Virus record (IMG/VR): IMGVR_UViG_3300025101_000025
Span: 1 to 64,000 of that record
Origin: an uncultured virus (IMG/VR IMGVR_UViG_3300025101_000025)
Lineage: Duplodnaviria > Heunggongvirae > Uroviricota > Caudoviricetes > Kyanoviridae
Reading direction: 5' to 3' (one strand)
Length of the DNA stretch: 64,000 nucleotides
The notes under the pieces were generated by a model that had not been told where the DNA came from, searched no databases, and worked only from the letters and a program-made list of their open reading frames with translations. Shown here piece by piece: positions 20,301 to 29,000 of the stretch. The translations under genes and the position numbers were made by a program. How positions within the stretch are numbered: position 1 is the first letter of the stretch; every line of letters begins with the position of its first letter.

Positions 20301-21508
20301 AAGATTTAGATCAAAAGGATTGGTTGCAAGAAAATGAAAGAAGTGTTGTTGAAATAACATCATCTAATTCTGTTGACACAAACCCATATGATGGGCCAGG
20401 TGTTTTTGAGGATACAAGAGAAAAGAGACCAATTACTTGGACAAGACAAACTGAAGATCTCTTTATAGAAGGTAAATTAGTTGATAAGAGTCGTGAATTG
20501 TATGATGGAAGAATATTCCCATCAACTCATATGATTCAATCAGTTGGTGTGGGAACAACAGTTGTTTATGTAAGTAACTTAAGACCTTACTTTAATCCAA
20601 AGAATGAAAACTTAGTTTCTACAGATTTCCAAAAAGATATTGTCATCTTTAATAATGCCGAAAGAGTCGCAGCTGCTGCCACTGCAGTTGTCTCATCTGC
20701 TGGAACTATAACCTCTGTGGTTATATCTGATGGTGGTAAAGGATATGTGAGTGCTCCATCTGTAACGATTCAAAATCCGGTTGGATTGGGAACAACCTCT
20801 CGTGCAGAAGCAACCGCTACATTATCTGGTGGTTCTGTATCTGCCATTACTGTGGGAGTTCAATCTGGTATTGGTTACACAAGTGCCAATCCTCCAGTAG
20901 TTTTAATTGCAGCAGAACCAACTGTAATCGAATCTAATACAGTTGTATCATTCGCTGGTGATAGTGGAGTCATAAGTGGAGTTGGAACAACTACTATCGA
21001 TAGTGTTTCAAATCCATGTATCATACTTGATCTAGTAATACCTTATGATTCTGACTTAAGAAATTCTAACATAACGCAAGGAACTACATCAGGAATAGTT
21101 ACCTCTGGATTGCAAGTTAATGATTACTTCGTTATTAAAAATTCAAATGTAGGAACTGCGATGTCATCATTAGATTATAATGATGGAAGTGTTGTTGGTA
21201 TTGGATCAACTCGACTTGATAATGTTTATCGTGTCGCTGCTGTAAATTATGACCATGTTACAGATGCAGTCGGATTTGGACAGACCACAGTGACCCAAGT
21301 AACTGTAAGTGTTGCTAATACTTCAGGATTAGTTGGTTTAGCAAATAGTGAGTATTATGGTGATTACAGTTATGGTAAATTAATTTTATCAGAACGTAAT
21401 GTATCTCGTGCTTATACAGTAAATACATCCGCTGGTATCGCTGGTATCGAAACTGGTGTGATTATAAACAGAAAGACTTCCTTAAAAGTAGGAAGTTATA
21501 CCACATAA
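8369..21508 (+). CDS. gp7: Giant baseplate wedge initiator-like structural protein (4379 aa)
   Basis: Lies between gp6 and gp8; QLPSYVREDFP and KDFYSTRGT N-terminal motifs; YYQAFSYSIKS...HTAGFK motif; many beta-rich repeats. Confidence 0.75.
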   Translation: MSEKRVKLNQIVKNQLPSYVREDFPLVGDFLSQYYLGQEYQGGPIDLIQNIDSYIKLNESANNVKTTTTSKTVGISSDIIFVANTNGFPDQNGLLKINDEIITYESKTDISFVNCSRGFSGITSFTNPSDPEDLVFSSSLTTNHEKDTVVENLSVLFLDEFLKKTKNQFLYGFQKDLSTNLNQAQFLRQSKDFYSTRGTDDSFKILFGALYGEHASIIRPIDNVISPSNANYRVTKDIIVEPVEGDPENLLNKTLFQDLFENVSKAYAPISNIEKISVGILTNTYYKISLDGSFNQGDGSTELLYGNFSEHAKTKIIGQVGIAQTFLDVDSTLGFPNSGTLTFAYENGSIGVCTYAQKTINQFLGINTTGITATISDNTFIDQNTFAYAEDNGVQDGIKLKIRSVLNNLDLPIETYYQLSGSKVKIKSLGKIADGFKENGWLFNTAQSYVVKNLSIVDSVNNTFKLVTQDVNILRIGDKITTHETQASGAQWGDKITDGFDPVSNKIYTVTDVFDENTCLITGTGISDPTKVTKVTRRISKIDSDLHPDLNQFTANIQNVYLKPDIGLVRGVPYYGPSHQHKGKSMVGAQHVPFPHDFIIPDPNSNKVLVASSSLPFTGVTKLNPKLQKFTFSGTYDLNDEEIKITDQVDHNYFTGDKVYYTPEKTKITNTLPDGTEVVQEFIASQLFDEGLYFIKRVNGNTVKFAKSQSDINGNNFVKVKTPNGVDNVTITSNDIEKFEYQGKKIETQKLFREFKTPINDGVSYPTTSGYTGLLVNGVEVLNYKSKNSVFYGQLNSIDVVKGGENYDVINPPVLSITDSVGTAATGKCSVKGSFKEIKILESGFDYIEDPVIKITGGNGIGANAVPKLSIVPHESVFNADGVGLGTVNIGVVTATTAGVNTSSIGFSTYHRFRQGERVVYDTLGGIPLVGLTTDSTYYVNSVSEYTIKLHKTYSDSVTGINTISISNFGNGVQSFKSLNGKAIVSSIALLDNGVGYENKERTCNSIGINTALDSINIPDHGFQTGETLRYSVDGTTIDGLVTTIDYLVSIVDEDNFKLAAAGVGTTSKDFYLKTNQFQELRSVGLGTHKFNYPPISVEIIGKVGLSSVAGKTYDAVLQPLVRGEITSVNLTNNGVGYGASEIINFDRKPDINLNSGRNAVLTPVVANGRIVDVSVSFGGTDYNSPPDLVVLGIGSDAKLTPELNSAGNIVSVNIQSGGIGYGVSSTFIRIDPAGKGFKGDPVLQSWTINEIKKNELNLNDDDVFISSPVNSEYGLQCSYAYAPRNLRQISYASDADGNILYGKKDLKIVNGVESDSDSHSPILGYAYDGNPIYGPFGFVNKTGGNVVQLESGYSEEANKKSNRPPTSIFPPEFFIEDFTYNPSDNDAVLDENNGRFCITPEFPKGTYAYFATFDTTPASDGIFKNFKKPKFPYLIGDSFKSQPNNFNFNRLSNQDNYDLEKSNCVRNTYPYSFNKDFSGYDYILQSNQFVTQDSTINFAEKGGVDRVGILSAGRNYQVNDKLVFDDSITSSFNASGKVSRIKGPDISEISVVTTTKENIEFFPDSKNTFVGIATTSINLQNNTIVNVGSLSTTTTSLQGSYAIGITSDRLILSQGIGTAAATGVVTFFPVVGDLRRIKENDRFKVGIGTEVIKVLNVDRRLARIRVLRSQSGIATNIGISHTASTILEEIPRTFKITTGFTTSVDLKENREYYFDPEEAVGFGTTSGVGVGTFRSFSNPGAGITGIFIPSQSLYIPGHGLKTGDVVTYQTTGTALKVKFKSTVPTVNSTLFVDSPLFVANQATNFIGLSTVRIGLGSTGFVGIGSTLAGAELVYFLDAGAGDIHSLKTKFDNVITGQIQKNQVSVVGTATHGLKNNDTVFIDVNPGLTTTVTVKYNVSNRKVVFNPLSYNDSGITSATSLTGIPNTINISDHGLTTGQKVIHTFSGSESSLVNDKEYYVYVVDSDKISLVENKYEVKKLKPDFVKVAITTAGTLSPVNPPVKFYRDSTVNFDLSDSSLSYVQSSTSYPAFKFELYKDVNLSQNYETSGKTDTFEVTRTGTTGVTSNAKLTLKVDKNTPKLLYYKLVAVNSDDNTNENKEIVVDNEIDLNNQLIIKNSEYNGQFNIVSTGNTTFIYDISSIPESTSYTSSSSKLKYSTISTTAYGGIDQLFLTDRGGGYLSIPGITTITSDVGDGAIIETFSSTIGKVSKTTLENIGFDYPSDPTLRPDVLFPQVLRITPLTGFRSIGITSLGVGYIQDPNLVVIDGVTKKQITDVDLRFKPDELFVEILENSESMNASTPTIIPTGNSNGIRVSNLTYTATDNSVTATIKNSFSGVVGFSGTFIDPFPFTVGDKVLVENASVGVGSTASGFNSANYDFARFEIIEVTPNYGGIGTVKYSMNDYLTKNVDFPGVFDSVNSVTTLIPDKWFPQFDIKLQPNEFRKGDDVESVDSTGTKITGTVFDWNNSSKYLTVESSREFENNQLIEQVRFRGERVGNKTYSSPTGAKGLIKEIVKFGSHYDLDYFSEVENGWEYKTGFLNDELQRVHDNDYYQAFSYSIKSKVQIKEWENTVSSLNHTAGFKKFSDLQIESDQLSSSSNKLSNIDPSKSVVTTLVDLIGVESIHREYNFDLATENYLVGLTKPLSDEINFSSRLITDFAESVSNRVVQIDDFSNIFNNNPRTTRYADVYRNKLSDGRTQMFFALVSDRLFTGERQITIVNTLHDTGRGQTMLNQYGDIDTVLDLGSFDYVIDGNESVLRYFPNKFKLNNYNVVLWSYQIDAQKLGISTDTVSCGSTTLPAAPANPTTGLNGSLISIATTAVTIAGGAAGTVFTLGGIGTNISGHRSAKVLVSVEAGGGTLNGSVEYDQVNLIHDGTNVGFQEFGQLTIHSVDAYSSTGNIGTYFPFMDGDDLVLSYTPNAGMTTAHINALAIGIATEGYIGIGSYDFSYAEMSAQSTGISSSATPIPVGIASYSNEYDAAYCIVQIADVLNGSYELAEVVMIDDFDGSDPENIMLTEFGNVKVGTAFAGLGTISARRTGSDSDITELTFVPNAGIGVSITTFLNALRPEENNTLLPAEATREVGGESVKDLQNASLESGFAIYEGTDIAIKRQFALENNGNPIFKKPYDGSSSQIVDLTNNTITLPNHFFTSGQKVNYSPGAGTSIGIDTAPFSMPESVFIIKKGEDKVQLALTAQNALKEIALPVGLSTVGIGTSHTFTAIDPNQKVLVAIDNAIQSPVAGTSVTTTLDKSTTIGDDVIHFTGITSFFGADYVRVGSGVTAEIMKIVSVGIGTTNAIKVRRGWLGTTIRARESGALVEKIRGNYNIIENEINFTEAPPGKNPIGSTTNPPDERDFVGITTSSSFQGRVFTRSGVRNGTEETYADNYLFDDISQGFNGQTKVFDLTHSNGTSITGVSTNNALVLINGILQAPGSNGDFTLSQPSGTQLTWTGSASSVARDPNNASIPVGGLIVSVGSTRGFGYQPLVSAGGTVVVSSAGTISSVSIGNTGSGYRAGIQTVVNVAIQTERFGGSGVVSIGTAAISDGHITSVAITTDRVFYIPRDITNVGYTSITGLTTVTTSSAHGLIVGNEIVLSGIALTCDYAPAVGVQSAIYHSASGIMTVTTSSAHGLSITGKSSDVLLNDLGMSSSSNGSTPTHTFPRSGDDSFCGVSVAGVASVTQFSINIGSGVTLSNYISGGTVQPVLISPRANNNSASKQDPAFDGSTVLRILNSTQFEVNTGISTRAHNYARCGKVNQLMKVVIDKPLSYSDIPLVYSGNSPGVGGTEARADVVVSQGSTVVNFKISNLGYGYGVNHILTLPRSNDTNFSAVGIPTTSSFTPAQELEITVNEVDSDQFTGWAVGQIQVLDNFSNLFDGSRRTFPITVSGEALSIQSRPGSLVKVEDTLFVFVNDILQIPGESYSFPGGATITFDEPPKAEDSLKILFYRGTGGADVVDRDVIATVKVGDTLTLGYHEDLDQKDWLQENERSVVEITSSNSVDTNPYDGPGVFEDTREKRPITWTRQTEDLFIEGKLVDKSRELYDGRIFPSTHMIQSVGVGTTVVYVSNLRPYFNPKNENLVSTDFQKDIVIFNNAERVAAAATAVVSSAGTITSVVISDGGKGYVSAPSVTIQNPVGLGTTSRAEATATLSGGSVSAITVGVQSGIGYTSANPPVVLIAAEPTVIESNTVVSFAGDSGVISGVGTTTIDSVSNPCIILDLVIPYDSDLRNSNITQGTTSGIVTSGLQVNDYFVIKNSNVGTAMSSLDYNDGSVVGIGSTRLDNVYRVAAVNYDHVTDAVGFGQTTVTQVTVSVANTSGLVGLANSEYYGDYSYGKLILSERNVSRAYTVNTSAGIAGIETGVIINRKTSLKVGSYTT

Positions 21509-21511
21509 ATA
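21505..21511 (+). promoter_or_regulatory. Late promoter (gp8)
   Basis: ATAAATA overlapping the gp7 stop. Confidence 0.6.
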
Positions 21512-21532
21512 ACTAAAAAAATAAATGGAATA

Positions 21533-23089
21533 ATGTCTGCCATCATAACTGACCAGATAAGAATATTAAATGCGAAGAATTTTGTAGCTGGAGTGTCTTC
21601 ATCATCTAATTCTTATTACACTTTTGTTGGTTTGACTGAGCCGACAAAAATTCAAGCAACATGGAATAATAATCCACCAGCACCAATTGATAATTTTAAT
21701 AATCAAAATGATTATTATGATACTATGATTGGTTTAAAAAAAGTAACAGCAAGCGATGTTAAACAAGTAGTAAGAAAAAGTAGTTGGACATCTGGAACAT
21801 CATACGATTATTACAGACCAGACTATAGTATTAGTAATCCACCAAAACATGGACAAGGAACAGGATTATATAACGCAACATATTTTGTGATAAACAGTGA
21901 TTTTAGAGTTTATATTTGTTTAGAAAATGGAACATCACCTGAAAATCCAGATGGCAAACCATCATTAGATGAACCAACATTTACTGATTTAGAACCTAAA
22001 GCTGCAGGATCTAGTGGCGACGGATATGTTTGGAAATATCTCTACACAGTTAAACCATCTGAATTAGTAAAATTTGATTCAACCGAGTATATGCCTGTGC
22101 CATCAAACTGGTCTACAGGAACTGATGACTCAGCAGTTAGAGATAATGCTGTTGATGGTGGTATAAAAGTTGTTGTGATACAAAATCGTGGCGTAGGATT
22201 AGGAACCGCGAATAGAACTTATACAAGAGTTCCAATTAAAGGAGATGGTAGCGGTGCAGAGTGCACTGTAACTGTTAATGCAGATCAGCAAATAGGATCA
22301 GTCGATATTACTAATCAAGGGTCTGGATATACTTTCGGAACCGTTGATATTGTTGCTGGTGGTCTACCAAGACCTGATTCATACCCTCAACTTGATGTGA
22401 TAATTCCTCCACAAGGTGGTCATGGTAAGGACATCTATAAAGAATTGGGTGCATCTAATGCCTTAGTTTATTCTAGAATTGAAAATGATCCAGAAAATCC
22501 AGATTTCATAACTGGAAACGAAATATCAAGAGTTGGTATTATTGAGAATCCTCAAGCGTTTGGTTCATCTTCATTATTAAGTTTGGATAAAGCGAGTGCA
22601 GCATACGCTCTTCGTTTAACTGGAACAGGTTATAGTTCTGCTACGTTCACTGCAGATTCTATAATTACACAAACTACTGGAACAGGTGTAACTGCCATTG
22701 GAAAAGTTCTTGGATACGATCAAGTCACCGGTGTTTTAAAATATTGGCAAGATCGAACCATGGCAGGATTTACCACTGTTGGTGTAGGGACAACGGCACC
22801 AATACATGGTTTTAATTTGGATAGATTTACTGCTGATATTTCATCAGGAGGAAGTTTAAGTATCGTTCCTAATGATGGGTCAAATACTCTTGCGATTCAA
22901 ACATCATTTAGTGGTTTATCCACCTCAATAAATAATAAGACATACTATCTTGGTCAAACTTTTGTTAATGGTGTATCTAACCCAGAAGTTAAAAAATACT
23001 CTGGAAATATTATTTACGTTGATCATCGACCAGCTATTACTCGTTCTTCTAATCAAAAAGAAGATATCAAAGTTATATTGCAGTTCTAA
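21533..23089 (+). CDS. gp8: Baseplate wedge subunit
   Basis: MSAIITDQIR, VYICLEN, DGYVWKYLY, SGNIIYVDHRPAITRSSNQKEDIKVILQF motifs. Confidence 0.9.
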   Translation: MSAIITDQIRILNAKNFVAGVSSSSNSYYTFVGLTEPTKIQATWNNNPPAPIDNFNNQNDYYDTMIGLKKVTASDVKQVVRKSSWTSGTSYDYYRPDYSISNPPKHGQGTGLYNATYFVINSDFRVYICLENGTSPENPDGKPSLDEPTFTDLEPKAAGSSGDGYVWKYLYTVKPSELVKFDSTEYMPVPSNWSTGTDDSAVRDNAVDGGIKVVVIQNRGVGLGTANRTYTRVPIKGDGSGAECTVTVNADQQIGSVDITNQGSGYTFGTVDIVAGGLPRPDSYPQLDVIIPPQGGHGKDIYKELGASNALVYSRIENDPENPDFITGNEISRVGIIENPQAFGSSSLLSLDKASAAYALRLTGTGYSSATFTADSIITQTTGTGVTAIGKVLGYDQVTGVLKYWQDRTMAGFTTVGVGTTAPIHGFNLDRFTADISSGGSLSIVPNDGSNTLAIQTSFSGLSTSINNKTYYLGQTFVNGVSNPEVKKYSGNIIYVDHRPAITRSSNQKEDIKVILQF

Positions 23090-23095
23090 TAACTC

Positions 23096-26000
23096 ATGGC
23101 TCAATCAACAAATCTAAATGTATCGCCATATTTTGACGATTTTAATGCAGATGACAACTATTATAAGGTTCTATTTAAACCGGGACTTCCAGTTCAGGCA
23201 AGAGAACTAACTGGTTTACAGTCAATATTGCAAGATCAAATATCAAAATTTGGTCAACATATTTTTAAAGAAGGTGCTAAAGTAATTCCCGGAAATACAT
23301 CGTATTTTAAGGATTATTTTTGTGTTGAAATTAATAATGAATATCTAGGTGTTACTGTAGAGTCATATATTGATCAATTAATAGGAAGGAAAATAGTTGG
23401 TTTAACCACTGGTGTCACAGCAGTTATAGTTAAAATATTAAAATCAAGCGATTCGGAAAGAAATAATTTAACTCTTTATATAAAGTATCATTCATCAAAC
23501 GTAGAAAATAATTCAGGTGGTTTATTTGATAATGGTGAATTACTGGCAGCAGATGTTGATATAATTTCAGGGCCTGAAAATAGCACATTTATACCCAGTG
23601 GTGAAGCATTTGCATCCACTGTTTCTACAAATTCAACATCAACTGGTGCAGCTTATTCTATATCTGAAGGTGTATATTTTGTTAGAGGAACATTTGTAAA
23701 TGTAAATTCAGAAACAATTTTATTAAGTCAATACTCAAATACTCCAACAGGAAGAATTGGTTTAAGAGTATTAGAGGAAACTGTAAATTCAGATGAGGAT
23801 TCATCACTAACTGATAATTCAAAGGGATTTAATAACTTTGCTGCACCCGGTGCAGATAGATTAAAAATAAGTTGCTCTCTTTTCTTCAAAGGAATTGATG
23901 ATTTAAATGATGATGATTTTGTAGAATTAGCATCAGTAAGAAACGGTGAATTAAGAACTAGACCAACAACCAGTCAATACAATATTCTTGGTGATGAATT
24001 AGCAAGAAGAACATTTGCTGAGTCTGGTGACTATACAGTAAAACCATATTCAATATCTGTAAAAGAATCCTTGAATGATGATATTGGAAATAACGGTGTC
24101 TTCTTTGATGGTCAATCAACTGATGAGGGATCTATTGCATCAGAAGAAACTGGACTATATCAAGTGTCTGCTGGTAGAGCATTTGTAAAAGGTTATGAAA
24201 TAGAAAATATAGCATCAACTTATCTTGATTTTGAAAAACCAAGAACAGAAAAAACACTTGCTAACCAGAGAGTAAATTATAATACTGGTTCAACTATAAG
24301 ATTAAACAATCAACAGGGTGCTCCAGAGGTTGGTATAGGTAACACTTTTGTTGTAAGTTTACGTGATAGTAGAGTAAATACATTAGCCACAGCAGATTCA
24401 TCTATTGAAGGAAATGAGATTGGTGTTGCAAGAGTGTATGATTTTGCACTTGAGTCTGGATCATATAATACATCAAATTCAAAAATTAACGAATATGATA
24501 TATCACTTTTTGATATTCAAACATTTACAACAGTAACTTTAAATCAAGCAATTAGTTTATCTACTCCTGCATTTATAGAAGGAAAATATAGTGGTGCAAC
24601 AGGATTTTTAAGATCTTCAACATCAACTGATGCATTAACAATATATGACAAATCTGGTGAATTAGTTGTAAATGAACCACTAATTATAAATGGTATTGAG
24701 AATTCAAGAATTGCAGTTGCTTTAACATCATTTGGAATGTCAGATGTTAAATCATTATACGCTGGGCCAAAGTTAGGTAATGTTGGAGCAGGAAGAAGTT
24801 TTGTAGGAGATGTAATACAAAAAGATGAGTTTATTTTTGGCAATGCATTAATAAAAAGATCAGACCTTACTACTGGTTTAAGCACAATAACATCTTCAAA
24901 TCCAGAGTTTCCGGGTAAACTGAAAAAAGGTAATTTATTGAAATTTGGACTAGGTAATAATGATCCAAATTTTGCAAAAGTAACTGTTGTTGGGACAAAT
25001 GATATTACAGTATCTGGTGTTACTACTGTAACAGGTATTTGTGATGGTGGTTTACCTGAAGGTTCAGATTCTCTTGATACCACACTTACAGATTTAACTT
25101 TAATAACATCACCTTTTGCCAAATCAAGTGATGATAATTTGTTTACAGAGATGCCTAAAAAGAACATCTCAAATGTTGATTTGACCAGAGCATCGTTAAC
25201 TATAAGAAAAACTTTTAATGTAACAATTAACAAAACAACAGATTCACTTGCCACAGCAGTTGATGCAGATACAAATGAAACCTTTTTACCATTTGATGAA
25301 GAGAGATATTGTTTAATAAGAAGAGTTGATGGAGTTACTGAAGTTCTAACATCTGATAAATTTACATTTACAAATGGTGGTGGAACTCTGCAGATAAACA
25401 ACATTGGATCTGATCTTTCAGCAAACCAAGCTGCAACCTTAATCGCAACACTCGTTAAAACAAATCCCAAATCAAAAGTAAAAAGAAAAGAAAGAATCAA
25501 TACTTTAATAGTCGATAAATCTAGAGTTGCTGGTGCTGGTATAGGTGGCACTACTCTTAATGATGGTTTAACACATGGAAGTTTCCCATTTGGAACTCGT
25601 GTTCAAGATAAAAAAATATCATTAAACACACCTGATGTAATTGAGGTATTAGGAATTTATGAATCAACAGATACATCTAATCCATCAAGTCCAAAAGTAA
25701 TATTATCAGCGATTGATGGACAAACTGGTAGAACAGAAGATCTAATAGTTGGTGAAAAAATGAAAGGCACTCAATCAGGTGCTGTAGCGATATATGCTGA
25801 GAAATTATCTGACGCTCAAATATCATTCGTTTACTTAAATGATAATAGATTCAAAACTGGCGAAACAATCAACTTCCAAGAGTCCAATGTAGGTGCGATT
25901 GCAAACACAATTGATGAACCTAGTAAAAATATATCTGCTAACTTTAGTTTCAATACTGGGCAGAAGAATACAATTTATGACCATGGATTTATTACCAGAA

Positions 26001-29000
26001 AAGAGGATGCTAACCAACCAAGTAAAAAAATAAAAATATATTTTGAAAATGCATATTTTGAAGCAGCAGATGAGGGAGATATAACTACTGCAAATTCTTA
26101 TAATGGATTAGACTATGGTAAAGATGTTCAATCTTTCAACGGTGTTCGTAATACAGATTTAATTGATATTAGACCTAGAGTTTCAAATTACTCAGTTTCT
26201 GAGAGTAGTCGTTCTCCATTAGAATTTTTTGGAAGAACATTTAATACGTCAGGAAACTCTGCTGCTAATGTATTGGCATCAGATGAATCTATTTTAACTG
26301 ATTTTTCTTTCTATCTTGGTAGAATCGATAGAATATTTTTAACAAAATATGGTAAGTTAACTGTTCAAACTGGAACACCTGCCGAAAATCCAGATCAACC
26401 TGTTCCATTAGATGATTCTCTTGAAATAGCATCGGTTACACTACCACCATATCTTTATGATGTATCTCAAGCATCTCTATCTTTCTTAAAGCATAAGAGA
26501 TATAGAATGCAAGATATTAGAAAACTTGAGACAAGGATAAGAAACTTAGAATACTATACTTCATTATCATTATTAGAAACAGCAACTTCTAATCTATTTG
26601 TTTCTGATGCAGATGGTTTAAATAAATTTAAATCAGGATTTTTTGTAGATAATTTTACAACTTTCTTAACTCAAGAAAGTAATATAAAAATAAAAAATAG
26701 TATTGATACTTACAATAAAGAAGCAAGACCATCTCATTATACTAACTCAATTGATTTAGTAGTTGGCCCAGTAGAAGGTGAAAATACAGTATCAAATGGT
26801 GCAGACCCAGAAGGAACAAATATTAAATTAACAGGAACTGCATTAACTCTTGATTACTCTGAAGTTGAATTTATCAATCAACCATTTGGAACAAGAACTG
26901 AAAGTGTTACTCCGTTTTTACTTAATTTCTGGAAGGGTGCGATAGATCTTACTCCAGCATCTGATACTTGGGTTGACACAGTAAGACTTGAAGCAAAAGT
27001 CATAGAGGTTGAAGGAAACTTTGCTAAAACAATAAAAGAGGCAGAGAAAACTCAGGGTCTCGATCCTCAAACAGGATTGACTGAGATGATATGGCAAGGT
27101 TGGCAAACTGTTTGGACAGGAACTGAAAGAAATATAAGAACAAATACCCGAACAGAAGAAGTAGACAGAAATGTTGATGTGAATTCTCAACGTAGAATTG
27201 AAACTTCTACCCTTAATACAATTCAAGATACCTTTACTGATAACTTCAGAGTTGGAACATCTACAAGACAAGGTTCACGAGAGTTAATTACTGAAACATA
27301 TGATCAAGAATCTCTTGGTGATAGAACAATCAGTAAGGAAGTTATACCTATAATGAGATCAAGAAATATCGCATTTGAGGGTAAAGGATTTAAACCACAA
27401 ACAAGAGTTTACGGATTCTTTGATGGAGTCAATGTGACTAAACATTGTGTTCCAAAACTTCTTGAAATAAACATGAAGTCTGGTGTATTCCAAGTAGGTG
27501 AAACAGTAACAGGAACTGTAACTGATGGTGGAATTAATTCAGCTAAAATAACATTTAGAGTTGCAGTATCAAACCATAAAGAAGGCCCTTATAATTCTCC
27601 AACAAGAGTATATGCAACAAGTCCATATACATCTACCACTGGAGCAACACAGTTAGAGACATACTCAGGTGCTGCTGGTTCAGTTCAATTATCAGGATCT
27701 GGAAGTGTAGCGATTATTCCATCTACTTATTCCTCAACATCAACGATATTAAATATTGATATAATTTCCCTCTCAGAGCAAGCACAAGGTGCTTATTTTG
27801 GACAAGTTACCACTGACATGGTATTGAAAGGTAATACTTCAGGAGCTGAAGCGGTTATTACTGATGTAAGATTAATCTCTGATTTCTCTGCTTCCGTCTT
27901 TGGTAGTTTCTTTATACCAGATCCAAATATACCAGTAAATAGTAGATTTGAAACAGGAAAGAGAGAATTTAGATTAACTGATAGTCAGACAAATGACATT
28001 GATTCTTCAACAACAGTTGGTAGTGATGTATTTGAAGCGACAGGAACTCTTGAAACTGTTCAGGAAAATATCCTTTCTGTTAGAAATGCAAAACGTGAAA
28101 CACTTACTTCCACTCAGGATAGACCAGCAAGACAATTTATTGGAACTGATGTCAACACTGAAATTATTGGAACTCAACCATTAAGAAGAGTAGAAGAATT
28201 TGATCAAGACGATCCATTAGCACAATCATTCTTTGTAAGTGAAAATAGTGGTGTTTATATTACAAGTTGTGAGGTTTACTTCTCGGCAGTTGATGATAAT
28301 AACGTTCCTGTTCAATTAGATATAAGAACTTTAAAATTAGGAGTTCCATCTCAAGAAGTTCTTCCATATTCACAAATATTACTTGATCCAGATCAAATTA
28401 CAACATCATCAAACGGATCAGTTGCAACTAAATTTACATTTAAATCACCAGTTTATTTGTCACCTGCAACTGAATATGCAATTTGCATGTTATCTGCATC
28501 AGCTAAATACAGAGTTTTCATATCAAGGATTGGTGAAAATGATTTAATTACAGATGAATTTGTATCAAATCAACCTACATTAGGATCATTATTTAAATCT
28601 CAAAATGCATCAACATGGGAACCAAGTCAATGGGAAGATTTAAAGTTTAAATTAAATAGAGCACAATTTGTTACATCAGGATCTGCTGAAATCTATAGTC
28701 CAATACTTGGTGAAGGTAATGCTCAAATTCCTAAATTATTACCAGATTCTCTTAGAATGAACTCTAAGAAAATAAGAGTTGGTATATCTTCAGCTTTTGC
28801 TGCTGGTATACATCCTACATTAGGAAATACAATTTACCAAACTGTATCTAATGCAACTGGTGATTTTGTAGGAAGTGCTGGTATTGCAACAGGTAATTTG
28901 GGAGTAATAAGAGCAGGATTGGGATACACTCCAGCTTCTGGAAATCGTGGTTTAATAGGTATTGCTTTAACCACTATCACAGGTAGTGGTAGAAACGCAA

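Noticed and set aside
24544..25551. 335-aa minus-strand ORF and the other antisense or alternate-frame ORFs inside structural genes
   Set aside because: Fully nested in well-supported + strand genes and lacking recognisable motifs; typical shadow ORFs from codon bias.
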